A stretch of DNA of 57,247 nucleotides, taken from contig JBDTZG010000034.1 in assembly GCA_040005235.1 (NCBI GenBank), positions 1-57,247 on the forward strand, in the 5' to 3' direction. The notes beneath the pieces were generated by a model. The model made no database searches. It was not told the DNA's origin and was given only the letters and a program-made list of their open reading frames with translations. Below, in pieces: positions 27,048-39,856 of the stretch. The translations under genes were made by a program, and so were the position numbers. Position 1 is the stretch's first letter. Each line of letters opens with the position of its first letter. This DNA is from Acidobacteriota bacterium. GTDB lineage: Bacteria > Acidobacteriota > Thermoanaerobaculia > Multivoradales > UBA5704.

Positions 27048-28634
27048 CTAGTGCCGGAAGTGCCGCACTCCGGTAAGCAGCATGGCGAGCCCCTGCTCGT
27101 CGGCGGCGGCGATCACCTCGTCGTCGCGTTTGCTGCCCCCGGGCTGGACGATTGCGGTGATACCGGCCGCGGCAAGCGCATCGAGGCCATCGCGGAACGG
27201 GAAGAAGGCGTCGGACGAGGCGGCGGTTCCGGCGAGGTCGAGGCCGAACTGGCGGGCTTTTTCGGTGGCGATCCGGCACGAGTCGAGCCGGCTCATCTGG
27301 CCGGCGCCGATCCCCACGGTCTGGGTCGGATTCGTGACCACGATCGCGTTCGATTTGACGTAGCGGCCGACCTTCCAAGCCAGCTCCAGGGCTTTGCGCT
27401 CCTCCGCGCTCGGCGCGCGCTTCGTCGCGAGCGTCCAGGCGGCAGGATCGTCCGCCACGTCGTCGGCATCCTGCGCGAGGTAACCGCCGGAAATCGCGCG
27501 CAGCTCGATGGGTAGAGGGGCGGCGCGGTCGAACGGACGATGGAGGGGGCAGGCGACCAGGCGGAGGTTCTTCTTCGCCGCGAAGCGCGCGAGCGCGTCG
27601 GCGGAAAACCCGGGCGCCACGAGAACCTCGACGAACAGGTCGCTGATCGCCTCGGCGAACGCCGCGTCCACCTCGCGGTTGACCGCGAGGATCGAGCCGA
27701 ATGCCGAAACCGGGTCGGTCGCGAGCGCCTTGGCGTAGGCCGCCCCGAGATCGTCCCCCAGCCCCACGCCGCACGGGTTGTTGTGCTTGACGATCGCGAC
27801 CGCCGGTTCGTCGAATTGGCCGATGATCCGGCGCGCGGCGTCGGCATCGAGCAGGTTGTTCCAGGACAGCTCCTTGCCCTGGATCGAGGTGAAGCCGCCG
27901 AAGACTCCCCCCGAGCCGCGGGTGGCGTAGACGGCGGCCTGCTGATGGGGGTTTTCGCCGTAGCGCGGCACGAGGACCCGGTCGAGCGAGAGATCGAGCG
28001 CGGCGGGGAAGTGATCCGGCTCGGCCGCGGGAACCGCTGCACCCTGTTCAGTCTCCATCCATCGGGCGATCGCGGCGTCGTAATCCGCGGTATGGCGGAA
28101 CGCTTTGGCTGCCAGGCGGCGACGTAGATCCTCGGAAAGGGTGCTTCCTTCATCCTTCAGGGCGGAAAGCACTTGCGGATAGTCCGCCGGATCGACCACC
28201 ACCCCCACGCCGCCGTGGTTTTTCGCCGCCGCGCGCACCAGGGCCGGGCCGCCGATGTCGATCATCTCGACCACCTCGGCCCGCGCGGCGCCCGGATTCG
28301 CCGCCGCTTCGCGGAAGGCGTAGAGGTTCACCACCACGAGGTCGATCGGCGCGATGCCGTGCTCGGCGATCTGCGCCCCATGCTCCGGCCGGGCTCGGTC
28401 GGCCAGGATGCCGCCGTGGATCTTCGGATGGAGGGTCTTCACCCGGCCGTCGAGAATCTCGGGGAAGCCGGTGACGTCGGAGACCGCGGTGGCGGGCACT
28501 CCCGCCGTGCGGAGCGTCTGGAGGGTGCCTCCGGTCGAGAGGATCTCGAATCCGGCCTCGACCAGGCCGCGGACGAACGGTTCGAGGTCGCGCTTGTCGA
28601 AGACGGAGACCAGGGCGCGGCGGGAATTGGGCAT
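27048..28634 (-). CDS. purH: Bifunctional AICAR transformylase / IMP cyclohydrolase
   Basis: [37 protein letters not shown] and [10 protein letters not shown]. Confidence 0.97.
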   Translation of the reverse strand: MPNSRRALVSVFDKRDLEPFVRGLVEAGFEILSTGGTLQTLRTAGVPATAVSDVTGFPEILDGRVKTLHPKIHGGILADRARPEHGAQIAEHGIAPIDLVVVNLYAFREAAANPGAARAEVVEMIDIGGPALVRAAAKNHGGVGVVVDPADYPQVLSALKDEGSTLSEDLRRRLAAKAFRHTADYDAAIARWMETEQGAAVPAAEPDHFPAALDLSLDRVLVPRYGENPHQQAAVYATRGSGGVFGGFTSIQGKELSWNNLLDADAARRIIGQFDEPAVAIVKHNNPCGVGLGDDLGAAYAKALATDPVSAFGSILAVNREVDAAFAEAISDLFVEVLVAPGFSADALARFAAKKNLRLVACPLHRPFDRAAPLPIELRAISGGYLAQDADDVADDPAAWTLATKRAPSAEERKALELAWKVGRYVKSNAIVVTNPTQTVGIGAGQMSRLDSCRIATEKARQFGLDLAGTAASSDAFFPFRDGLDALAAAGITAIVQPGGSKRDDEVIAAADEQGLAMLLTGVRHFRH

Positions 28635-28770
28635 GGGCGGGAGTCCTTTGTGCGGGGTTCTGGCGAACGGCGGGTGATCATACCTCCCCTTCTAGCGCCC
28701 TACCGTCCGGCCTGTTAGCCTTCCTGCTACTTACAATGGCTCCGGCCTCCTCGAAGGGCTTTCCGACACC

Positions 28771-31473
<2,703 letters not shown>

Positions 31474-31671
31474 AACCTTAGGCTCCCGCTATGAGGGTTC
31501 GTATTTGCGCTCGGAGCCTCGTTTGACCCGCCGCGCGGTGCGAGATAGCGTCCTCTCGATCTTCCGAGTTCCCCTCCCAATCTCCGGCATCGCTTGCTCC
31601 TCGCGGGGCGGCCTTCGCCCGGGCGAGTTGAGAGAACGTCCTCGGTCTACCTTCATTTGAGAGAGGAAGCC

Positions 31672-32883
31672 ATGGCGAACAGCGTTACCGTCACCAGCAA
31701 TCAGTCCTGGGGTTCCCGGTTGGGTGAGTCGATCAAGAGCGTGCTTTTCGGCCTCGTCCTGTTCGTTGCGGCGTTCCCAGTTCTGTTCTTGAACGAGAGC
31801 CGGTCGGTTCGCACGGCGCGGAGCTTATCGGAGGGGCTGGGGGCGGTGGTGGACGTTCAAGCCGACGCGGTGAATGCGGGCAACGAGGGAAAGCTGGTTC
31901 ACGTTTCGGGAGCGGTCGACAGCGGCGAGGAGCTTTCCGACGAGGAGTGGAACGTTTCGGCCAAGGCAGTCAAGCTGATCCGCACGGTCGAGATGTACCA
32001 GTGGAAAGAAACCGAGAAGAGCGAGAGCCGGAAGAAGCTGGGCGGCGGTACCGAGACCGTGAAGACCTATTCGTACTCCAAGGAATGGTCCGACAGCTTG
32101 ATCGACAGCTCGCAGTTCCAGGAAACCGCCGGACACGAAAATCCAGGCGCCTTTCCGGTCGAATCGCAAACCCTCACGGCCGATCCGGTCCTGGTGGGCG
32201 CCTTCACCCTTTCCGAAGAGCAGCTCAATCAGCTTACCAACGCCACGGAATTGAAGATCGATCCGGCCGCGGCCGAGCAACTGCCCGACGAGGTGAAGGA
32301 CAAAGTTAAGGTGGCGGAGGGCCGGTATTACATGGGGGCGAATCCGGCGGCGCCGACGTTGGGCGATGCGCGAATCTCCTTTTCGACCGTCAACCCCTCG
32401 CAGGTGAGCCTGGTCGGCGTGCAGACCGGCGAGACGTTCGCCCCGTATCAAGCCAAGGCGGGGGACACGGTCCTGTTGGTCGAAGAGGGGACACAGACCG
32501 CGGCGCAGATGTTCAAGACCGCCCAGGACAAGAACGCGGTCCTGACCTGGATTCTCCGCGCCGTCGGCTTCTTCATGTTCTTCCTCGGCACGTTCCTGAT
32601 CTTCCGGCCGCTGGCGGTTTTTGCCGACGTGCTGCCGTTGTTCGGCACGATGCTCGGCGCCGGAATCGGCCTGTTCGCGTTCTTGATTGCCGTGGTCCTC
32701 TCGTCGTTGACCATCGCCATCGCCTGGATCTTCGTCCGGCCGGTGCTGGGGATCACGCTTCTGGTCCTGGCGGGCGGTGCGATTTTCTGGCTGATCAGCA
32801 GAGGGCGCGCCAAGAAAGCGCAGCGGGCGGGGACGGCGCAGCCGCCCCTTCCTTCCATCCCGCCGCCTCCTCCGTCCACCTAG
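31672..32883 (+). CDS. TMEM43 (DUF1625) family membrane protein
   Basis: SWGSRLGESIK, NEGKLVHVSG, LIRTVEMYQWKE and C-terminal TMs ending WIFVRP. GAGGA RBS. Confidence 0.88.
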   Translation: MANSVTVTSNQSWGSRLGESIKSVLFGLVLFVAAFPVLFLNESRSVRTARSLSEGLGAVVDVQADAVNAGNEGKLVHVSGAVDSGEELSDEEWNVSAKAVKLIRTVEMYQWKETEKSESRKKLGGGTETVKTYSYSKEWSDSLIDSSQFQETAGHENPGAFPVESQTLTADPVLVGAFTLSEEQLNQLTNATELKIDPAAAEQLPDEVKDKVKVAEGRYYMGANPAAPTLGDARISFSTVNPSQVSLVGVQTGETFAPYQAKAGDTVLLVEEGTQTAAQMFKTAQDKNAVLTWILRAVGFFMFFLGTFLIFRPLAVFADVLPLFGTMLGAGIGLFAFLIAVVLSSLTIAIAWIFVRPVLGITLLVLAGGAIFWLISRGRAKKAQRAGTAQPPLPSIPPPPPST

Positions 32884-32897
32884 AGCCCGCAAACCTC

Positions 32898-32937
32898 GAA
32901 ACGGTCGGTTCCGCCTCGACGGGGCCGACCGCTTTCC
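32898..32937 (+). terminator. Hairpin after the TMEM43 gene
   Basis: GAAA-CGGTCGGTTCCG...CGGGGCCGACCG-CTTTC imperfect inverted repeat. Confidence 0.55.
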
Positions 32938-32960
32938 CGACATTTCCCGAGGAGCAGCCG

Positions 32961-33265
32961 ATGAAAATCTCGGCCGGGATCAATGCTCATAAGGCGTTGG
33001 TGGTGCCGACGTACGGTTCGAAGAGCAAAAGCCCGTCGCGATCGGGATCTTCTTCGTCTTCCTTCCGCTCGCGGCGCACTACGTGGCACCGTTCCTGCTA
33101 ATCAGTCGCCACGTACGGCTGGCGCCTTGGGTTGTGATCCTCTCGAGTTGGGTTTTCGGCTTCTTCCTGCCCAACATGCTGAAAAAGGACAAGTCCCTCT
33201 CTCGCTATACTGAGTTTGCGGCCTATAAGTAACGGACGGGCCTGGTCTTCCCCAAGCTGTTTTAA
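32961..33265 (+). pseudogene. Collapsed remnant of a DUF1295/steroid-5-alpha-reductase-like membrane gene
   Basis: RBS plus MKISAGINAHKALVVP, then in another frame FEEQKPVAIGIFFVFLPLAAHYVAPFLLISR...FLPNMLKKDKSLSRYTEFAAYK*RTGLVFPKLF*. Far shorter than expected, with a frameshift and an internal stop. Confidence 0.65.
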
Positions 33266-33297
33266 ACCGGGATCGCCGGTGGATCGAAGGAGGAAAA

Positions 33298-33480
33298 ATG
33301 TCGAATTTCGGGATTTACATGATTGGGGTCATCGTGGTCGTCGCCGCGCTCGGCTATGGAGCACATCTGGCGGGCGTCAGCTCGACTTGGATCGTGGTCG
33401 GCGCACTCGTGGTGCTCGGTTTGAGCATCATGGGCGGCATCGTCAAGACCCGCCGGCCCGAGCCTCCTGCCGGAGGGTAA
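33298..33480 (+). CDS. Small two-TM membrane protein
   Basis: Strong AGGAGG RBS and two hydrophobic segments in 60 aa. Confidence 0.75.
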   Translation: MSNFGIYMIGVIVVVAALGYGAHLAGVSSTWIVVGALVVLGLSIMGGIVKTRRPEPPAGG

Positions 33481-33604
33481 TACCGTCGCCTCGTTCTCGC
33501 GTCTGGGAGTTGTGGGCCGGCCAGAGTCCGCTTCGAGCGGAGCCTCGGCGCGGCCCACTCAACTCGCAAGGAATGAGCCCATGCCCAGATTTTGCTTTCA
33601 ACGG

Positions 33605-33726
33605 ATGGGCGTGATTCAGGGCGCCGATCCTGCGTTGATCGCTCCGGCGCACAACGATTTCTTCCAGGTGCTCGAGACATCGCGATCACGTTGTCGCAGA
33701 TCGCGGTGACCGGTCCGGGCGCATAG
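33605..33726 (+). pseudogene. Diverged, frameshifted copy of the last ~40 codons of the 34678-37449 gene
   Basis: GVIQGADPALIAPAHNDFFQVL/DIAITLSQIAVTGPGA* versus GAIQGADPQLIVPSHNDYLQTLDIAITLSQIAVNGPGA* (37330-37449), with a 2-nt insertion. Confidence 0.85.
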
Positions 33727-33830
33727 GTCTAATACCTGGACCTCGGTTCCACGTCAGCTAGAGGGAGCCCGCCGATCCGCGATGCCGCGGAAGGTTCGGC
33801 GGGCTCCATTCTCTCTACGAGGAACCGACC

Positions 33831-34652
33831 ATGTTGACCCTTCGATCCGTTAGAGCGTCAAGCGCCCGGGCGGTGCTATGGACTGTGCTTTTCCTCCTCG
33901 CCGGTTCACCGGCTAGGGCCGCCGACACCAGCCTGGAGCCCGCGATCCGCGATTCGCACTTCATCTTCACCGGCACGTTCGAGCGGCTCGGCGCCTCGAA
34001 CTTGTCGCTTCTCCCTGCCTCGGAAGAGACCGCCATCGTGCGGGTGCGCCAGGTGATCGACCAGCCGGAGACTTTCGGCTCGACCCGCGACATCGAGGTC
34101 ACGGTCAAGTTCGCCGACCCCTCCGGCGCTGTCGAAGGGGGCCAAGCGATTTTCTTCACCACCAGCTTGATGTGGGGCGAGCACCTGGGCCTCGCCGAGA
34201 TCCTGCGCCTCTCCAGCCGCTCGCCCGAAACCGAGGCCTCGGATCTGGAGCAGGTGAAGAAAGAAGTGGATCGCGTGCGCTCGTTGGAAGCCGACGAAGA
34301 CCTGTCGGCGCGCCTGACGCGCGCCGCGGTGGTGGTCGTCGGCCGGGTGGGCGATGTTCGGAAGACGGAGCGCAGCGAAGAGGACTTCGGCGAGCACGCG
34401 GCGTCGTGGGCCCTCGCCAAGCTGGAGCTCGAAGGGACGCTCAAAGGGCGCGAGGCCAATGGGGTCTATTTCGCCCAGGACACCGATTTCTTCTGGGGTA
34501 CGACCCCGAAGCTCGCCGCCGGAGAGGACGGGATCTTCCTGCTCCAGCCGTATCGGGGCCGCGATCTGCCGAAAGGCTCCTACGTCGTAGTGGACGCCTT
34601 GGACGTTCAACCCCTGACCGAGCTCGAGCGAGTTCGCGGTCTGCTTCGGTGA
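33831..34652 (+). CDS. Hypothetical secreted protein with two internally similar halves
   Basis: Signal peptide ending ARA. Two segments resemble each other (SHFIFTGTF / AAVVVVGRV; GGQAIFF / GEDGIFLL). Confidence 0.75.
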   Translation: MLTLRSVRASSARAVLWTVLFLLAGSPARAADTSLEPAIRDSHFIFTGTFERLGASNLSLLPASEETAIVRVRQVIDQPETFGSTRDIEVTVKFADPSGAVEGGQAIFFTTSLMWGEHLGLAEILRLSSRSPETEASDLEQVKKEVDRVRSLEADEDLSARLTRAAVVVVGRVGDVRKTERSEEDFGEHAASWALAKLELEGTLKGREANGVYFAQDTDFFWGTTPKLAAGEDGIFLLQPYRGRDLPKGSYVVVDALDVQPLTELERVRGLLR

Positions 34653-34677
34653 TCCGGTTCAGGAACGGAGACATGAC

Positions 34678-37449
34678 ATGAGATCACTTCAACGTTTCTT
34701 TCCGGTGGGCGCGCTGGCGCTCGCCGTTCTAGGCCTTTCGGTCCTGGGCTCCCGTTCCGCGGCGGCCCAGAAAATCACCGTCGTCGACATGATCCCGAAT
34801 TCCATGAGCGACGACCAGAACGAGCAAAGCGAGCCCAACCTGGCGGTCGATCCGGCCACCCCTTCGAAAATGGCGGCCTCGGCGTTCATCATCAACCCGA
34901 AAAAGCCGAATAAAGGATCGATTTTCCTGTCCAACAACGGCGGTGTCTCCTGGAGCCTCCAGCCGATCCTGCCCGGCTCGACCAGTTTTTGCACGACGTC
35001 CTTTTGCGACATCACGCTGCGTTTCGGCGGAACCTCCGGAAAGCTCTACGTGAGCGCGTTGACCGCCAAGCCCGACAATTCGACGAATCCGCCCGGCGAC
35101 CTGATGGCCTACCAGATCAACCGGTTCGACGACGTCTTCGGGAACCCGGTGCCGATCCTCCTCGAACAGCGCACCGGGGTGATTCCCGATTGCCCCGATC
35201 AGCCGTATGTCCAGGCGACGACCACGCTTGGCGGCGAGGGGGCGGACCTTGACCGGGTGTTCGTCGGCGTCAACGACGCGCGCGTCACTCGGGCGCCGCA
35301 GACCGCCACGGTCGACGTCAATCCGAACGCCGGAGCGGCTTCGCCCGCGATGAATCTGGAGCAGGAGATCGAAGCGTCGATGCCGCCGAACCCGCCCGGT
35401 CGCGACGGTTCTGCCGTCCGGACCGCGTTCCATGCAAGCGGCGTGGTCTACGCGGCGTTTTACAGTCCGACTTCGAACAGCAAGGCCAACATCGTGGTGG
35501 TTCGGGATGACAATTGGGGGACGAGCGCGCCGCCTTTTTCGGACCTCGTAGGCGGCTCCGGCGTTTCGGTCGTCGCGGGGACCGCCTATTCCGGGGGAGG
35601 CACCACGCTGGCCAAACAGCGGGTCGGCCGGTCGCAAATCTCGATCGCGGTCGATCCGAATGACGTCAACAGCGTTTGGCTGGTTTGGGGCGATGCGAGC
35701 GTGGCGCCAATCACGCTGCGCCTTCGCCATTCGAAGGACGGCGGAAAGACCTGGGACGACAAAGACCTGTGGACGCTCAGTTTTGCCACCAATCCGGCGC
35801 TGGCGGTCAACAGCCTTGGCCAGGTCGGCCTGCTCTATCAAGCGGTCGACCAGCTCGGTCTTTGGGAGACCCGGGTCGAAATCTCGGGCGACGGCTTTGC
35901 CACTCCACCCGTGCCGCTGGTCCTTTCGATCGCGGACAGCTCCTCGATCGCCTTCGGCGCCAAAAACTTCATCGGCGACTACGACCACATGATGGCGATC
36001 GGCAAAGATTTCTTCGGGGTTTTCTCGGCGATCAACAATCCTTCCCCGATGGGATTTCCCGATGTCGACGATCTGATCTTCCAGCGCGAGCACGACGCCC
36101 AGAAGCTCTACAAGACCGCGGCACACGACTTCAGCATTCCGTTCTCGATCGATCCGTTCTTCTTCCACGTCGAGATGGTGAAGCCGGAGAACGACTTCTT
36201 CGCGCGCGATTGGACGGAGGCGGGCAGCCACGATCCGGGCCTGGAGCCTTCGAGCCACTCCGTCTTCTACAAGACGAGCGACGTGTGGAATCGCGACGTC
36301 AACGTCTCGGGGAGCCCCGCAACCACCGCCGCCCCGTCGCATATCAATCCGCAGCCGGGCCAGAACTTCGCGTTCGTCCGCGTCGGCCGGAAGGCGCCGG
36401 CGATGGCCGCCGCGCCGAACGTCGACGTGACGCCTCATTTCTATTACGCCGACTTCGGCGCCGGCCTGGCGTACAAAGACGCGGGGGGCGCGGCTCCGAT
36501 GCCGATCACTTTCGCGCCCAATCAGAAGGAGCTGACCCTGCCCGACGGCCAAGGGTACGAGTGGACGCTGCCCGACGTTCATTCCACCCACGTCTGCATG
36601 GGGGTGGAGCTCGACTCGACGGACGATCATTTCGCCCAGCCGTCGCTGCTGAATCACGTGCCCGGCTGGCCGACGCTCGACACGGCGGTGTTGTACGACA
36701 ACAACAAGGCGCAGCGAAATATCATCTACCCGGAAATGAAAATGATGTCCAAGGCGCACTACTACGCTTTGGTGAGGAACGCCGCCTCGGTCACGCGCAA
36801 CGTCTGTTTGCGGCTCGACTCGCCGGTGAGCATCTTGAGCAGCTACACCTCAATCCAAATCGACGCCTGCGGTATCGCGACGACTTCGTACCGGCCTGGC
36901 TCGACCGTCTGCCTGCCCGGCATGACGGCCAGCGAAGTGCGGGCGCTTAAAGTTACGGTCGACATGCCGCAGAGCGCCCAAGGGGCGGATTTGGCGCTCG
37001 CCTTCACCGAGGTGACCCAGCCCGGCCCGGCGGGCAAGCCGCGCGATGGTTTTGCGATCTCTCCGGTGGGCACGACGGTTGATGCCGCGGCGTTGGCAAA
37101 CCTCAAGTTCCAGGCGGCGGTCTTCGGCCGGCTCGCCGCGCTGTACAACGATCCGGCGGCGCAGTTCTGGACCACCAAGACCCGCGACCTGGTAGCTTCC
37201 GGTTTCACGCTCTCCCAGTACGTCGCCTTCCTGCAACAGGTCAGGCCCTACCTCAACCGCCTGACCGGCCTCGTACCGCGCTCGACCTCAACCTGCGCGC
37301 CCTCACCGTACGGCGATCTCGACCGGCTGCTTGGCGCGATCCAAGGAGCCGATCCGCAGTTGATCGTTCCCTCGCACAACGACTACCTCCAGACGCTCGA
37401 CATCGCGATCACGCTCTCGCAGATCGCGGTGAACGGCCCGGGAGCGTAG
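34678..37449 (+). CDS. Large secreted protein with Asp-box (BNR) motifs, sialidase-like propeller plus uncharacterised C-terminal domains
   Basis: Signal peptide, EPNLAVDP, Asp-boxes SNNGGVSW and SKDGGKTW, GDYDHM, then FARDW..DPGLEPS..SDVWNR and NNKAQRN segments. Confidence 0.75.
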   Translation: MRSLQRFFPVGALALAVLGLSVLGSRSAAAQKITVVDMIPNSMSDDQNEQSEPNLAVDPATPSKMAASAFIINPKKPNKGSIFLSNNGGVSWSLQPILPGSTSFCTTSFCDITLRFGGTSGKLYVSALTAKPDNSTNPPGDLMAYQINRFDDVFGNPVPILLEQRTGVIPDCPDQPYVQATTTLGGEGADLDRVFVGVNDARVTRAPQTATVDVNPNAGAASPAMNLEQEIEASMPPNPPGRDGSAVRTAFHASGVVYAAFYSPTSNSKANIVVVRDDNWGTSAPPFSDLVGGSGVSVVAGTAYSGGGTTLAKQRVGRSQISIAVDPNDVNSVWLVWGDASVAPITLRLRHSKDGGKTWDDKDLWTLSFATNPALAVNSLGQVGLLYQAVDQLGLWETRVEISGDGFATPPVPLVLSIADSSSIAFGAKNFIGDYDHMMAIGKDFFGVFSAINNPSPMGFPDVDDLIFQREHDAQKLYKTAAHDFSIPFSIDPFFFHVEMVKPENDFFARDWTEAGSHDPGLEPSSHSVFYKTSDVWNRDVNVSGSPATTAAPSHINPQPGQNFAFVRVGRKAPAMAAAPNVDVTPHFYYADFGAGLAYKDAGGAAPMPITFAPNQKELTLPDGQGYEWTLPDVHSTHVCMGVELDSTDDHFAQPSLLNHVPGWPTLDTAVLYDNNKAQRNIIYPEMKMMSKAHYYALVRNAASVTRNVCLRLDSPVSILSSYTSIQIDACGIATTSYRPGSTVCLPGMTASEVRALKVTVDMPQSAQGADLALAFTEVTQPGPAGKPRDGFAISPVGTTVDAAALANLKFQAAVFGRLAALYNDPAAQFWTTKTRDLVASGFTLSQYVAFLQQVRPYLNRLTGLVPRSTSTCAPSPYGDLDRLLGAIQGADPQLIVPSHNDYLQTLDIAITLSQIAVNGPGA

Positions 37450-37463
37450 AGCCGTCCTCAAAA

Positions 37464-37497
37464 CCGGCCGGGTCGAGAGTCGCTTCGGCCCGGCCGG
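37464..37497 (+). terminator. GC-rich hairpin after the 923-aa gene
   Basis: CCGGCCGGGTCGA-loop-TCGGCCCGGCCGG. Confidence 0.55.
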
Positions 37498-37504
37498 GAG
37501 CCTT

Positions 37505-37664
37505 GCGGCTATCGGTCCCAGGAAGCGGCTATGGGTCCCAGGAAGCGGCTATCGGTCCCAGGAAGCGGCCGTCGGTCCTGGAAAGCGGCTATCGGTCCTG
37601 GAAAGCGGCCATCGGTCCTGGAAAGCGGCTATCGGTCCCAGGAAGCGGCCATCCGTCCCGGAAC
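37505..37664. repeat. Tandem array of 8 x 20-bp units
   Basis: Two unit types, GCGGCTATCGGTCCCAGGAA and GCGGCTATCGGTCCTGGAAA, with no spacers. Confidence 0.95.
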
Positions 37665-37910
37665 CGCGAACGCTGTCCCGAAACGCGGCTTTCGGCTGCG
37701 GAACTGGGCGGGGCGCCCGGAAAAGCGCTCAGGCCGGGTCGCTGTGGGCGAACACCTTCGCCGGAGCGAGTTCTGGTGGTCGAGCGGTTCATAGGCCGAT
37801 CTTACTCGCACGGAAGAGCCTGGGATCGCCAGGTTCGCTCGCCATCGCAAGGTGGCGTCGGGTACGCTTGTGGGCCAACGGACCGCCGATCGGCGGCTGG
37901 AGGCCAGGCC

Positions 37911-38363
37911 ATGAATCCAAGCGAAGGTTCACCCGGATTCGAGATCGTCAACGTCCGGGAGTTCAATGCACCGCGCGAGCGCTTGTTCGAGGTGTTCAGC
38001 GACCCGGTTCATCTGGTGCATTGGTGGGGGCCGAACGGCTTCACGAACGAATTCAGCGAGTTCGACCTGCGGCCGGGAGGGGCGTGGCGTTTCGTGATGC
38101 GCGGCCCCGACGGTGCGGAATACCAGATGGAGAAGGAGTTCGTCGAGGTGGCGGTGCCGGAGCGGATCGTCCTGGACCATATGGATCCGATGCACCGCTT
38201 TCGGATGACCATGATTCTTGCGGACCTGGCCGGCCGGACCGGCCTTACCTGGCAGATGCTTTTTGCGGATGCGGAGGAGGGGGCTCGGATCGAGGGCTTC
38301 ATTCGCGCGGCGAATGAGGAGAACTTCGACCGGCTCGAGGATTACCTGGCGAAGCTGGGCTAG
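37911..38363 (+). CDS. SRPBCC/AHSA1-family protein
   Basis: [29 protein letters not shown] and [17 protein letters not shown]. Confidence 0.9.
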   Translation: MNPSEGSPGFEIVNVREFNAPRERLFEVFSDPVHLVHWWGPNGFTNEFSEFDLRPGGAWRFVMRGPDGAEYQMEKEFVEVAVPERIVLDHMDPMHRFRMTMILADLAGRTGLTWQMLFADAEEGARIEGFIRAANEENFDRLEDYLAKLG

Positions 38364-39853
38364 CCGCCCCCGCGGCGTGGGGTGAGATCGCGCCCGCGGC
38401 GGCGGTAGGCATAGACCGCGGCGCGTTCTTCGCCGACGGCGATCTTCGTGACCAGGCGGTACTTCGGGGAAAACCAGGGCGCGCGAGGATTGATCCGGCT
38501 CCCGCCGGTGAGGACGACGAGGTCGGCGCGGCTTGCGAGTAAAGCGCCGGCCCAGTTGCCTTCTCGTACGGCGGCGACGTATTGCGGCGAGACCAGGCCG
38601 AGCAGGTCGTCGACCGGGCGGTCGGCGTAAAATCCGAGCGTGCCCACCTCGAACGCGGCGATGCGGGCCGAAGGCGGCGCGGATCGGTCGATCCACGCGG
38701 CCGTTTGTCGATAGAGCGCCACCCGGGGACCGGCCTGATCGACGGTTCCCCACGCCCGGACGGCCAGGATGCCGGCCACCAAGAGGGCAAGGAGAGCGGG
38801 CAGGGCGAGCAACCGTCGGCCTACGCTGCCGCCGGAGAGCCTCAAGAGCGCGAGGCATTCGGCCAGGCCGAGCAGCAACGCGATCAGCGGCAAGATCACG
38901 TACCAGGACCAAAACGGCACACCCAGGATCGGATAAGCGATCGCCAGCGCCGCGCCGAAGCCGACCAGGATGGGAAAGACCGGGTCCCTCGCGCGACGAA
39001 GGCGCGCCATCCCCAGCGTGCCCCCCAAAACGCCCCACAGTACTGCGACCGGTGCCAGCCAGTCGCCGAAGGTGCGCGTGAAGACCGGCCACGCCGCGGG
39101 CCAGAACCCCAAGCCGCTTCTCGTTCCCGCCCGCCCCGAGCCCGCGGCGAAAGCTTGTTTGGCCGCGAGGGTGGCCGGCAGCAGGTGGCCGAACCAGAGC
39201 CAGGCGGAAAGCGCCAGGAGGGCGATCGTAAGCGCCGTTCCGGCAATCCAGCGCAGAAATGACTTCTTGGCCCCGACAGGATTCGCGCCGCCGAAGAGGC
39301 CCACGAGCGCGACGCCCAGCAGCGCGTCCGGGCGAAAACCCACCGCGAGGCCGGCCAGCAACCCGGAGAGAAGCGGACGCGGCGCGGCGAAAAGGGCGGC
39401 TCCCGCCAACAGAGACGCCACCCAGGGCCAGGCGAACCCTTGAAGCGACCAGCAGAAGGGGAGAGCCAAGATCAGGCTGCCGGCGACCGCTCCCGGAAGA
39501 GCTCTACCCGAGCGCGCTGCCCCCAGGAGGACGAGCGAGGCTAGGGCCAGCAGCCCGAGCGCGTGAAGCGCCGTCGCGAGGTTTGGCAGCGGCAGGCCCG
39601 AAACCCACCGCGCGGAGCCGAGCAGCACGGCCAGCAGAGGCTCCGTGCAGCCGAACACGCGCTCGCCGGGATTGAACACCAAGCCATGCCCGCGCGCGAA
39701 ATTTTGGGCGTAGCGCAGAGTGATGAACGCATCGTCGGACAGTTCGCCCGCGGTGCGGACCGCCGCCCAGAGGCTCCAACCGGCCCAGGCCGCAATGACC
39801 GCCAAGAGTCTCGGGTCGGGGCGCACGACTCTGCGCGGTTCCATCGGTTTCAC
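38360..39853 (-). CDS. Polytopic membrane GT-C-type glycosyltransferase-like protein
   Basis: [30 protein letters not shown] and EVGTLGFY...DLLGLVSP, with many TMs. Confidence 0.75.
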   Translation of the reverse strand: MKPMEPRRVVRPDPRLLAVIAAWAGWSLWAAVRTAGELSDDAFITLRYAQNFARGHGLVFNPGERVFGCTEPLLAVLLGSARWVSGLPLPNLATALHALGLLALASLVLLGAARSGRALPGAVAGSLILALPFCWSLQGFAWPWVASLLAGAALFAAPRPLLSGLLAGLAVGFRPDALLGVALVGLFGGANPVGAKKSFLRWIAGTALTIALLALSAWLWFGHLLPATLAAKQAFAAGSGRAGTRSGLGFWPAAWPVFTRTFGDWLAPVAVLWGVLGGTLGMARLRRARDPVFPILVGFGAALAIAYPILGVPFWSWYVILPLIALLLGLAECLALLRLSGGSVGRRLLALPALLALLVAGILAVRAWGTVDQAGPRVALYRQTAAWIDRSAPPSARIAAFEVGTLGFYADRPVDDLLGLVSPQYVAAVREGNWAGALLASRADLVVLTGGSRINPRAPWFSPKYRLVTKIAVGEERAAVYAYRRRGRDLTPRRGGG

Positions 39854-39856
39854 CCG

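Noticed and set aside
33605-33726. Template/variable repeat pair of a diversity-generating retroelement
   Set aside because: Mismatches to 37330-37449 are not adenine-specific and many are synonymous. No reverse transcriptase is present in the window.
37505-37664. 20-bp array as CRISPR, or as the coding N-terminus of ORF 37503-38363
   Set aside because: Units are head-to-tail with no spacers and the period is not a multiple of 3. The SRPBCC domain starts at ATG 37911.
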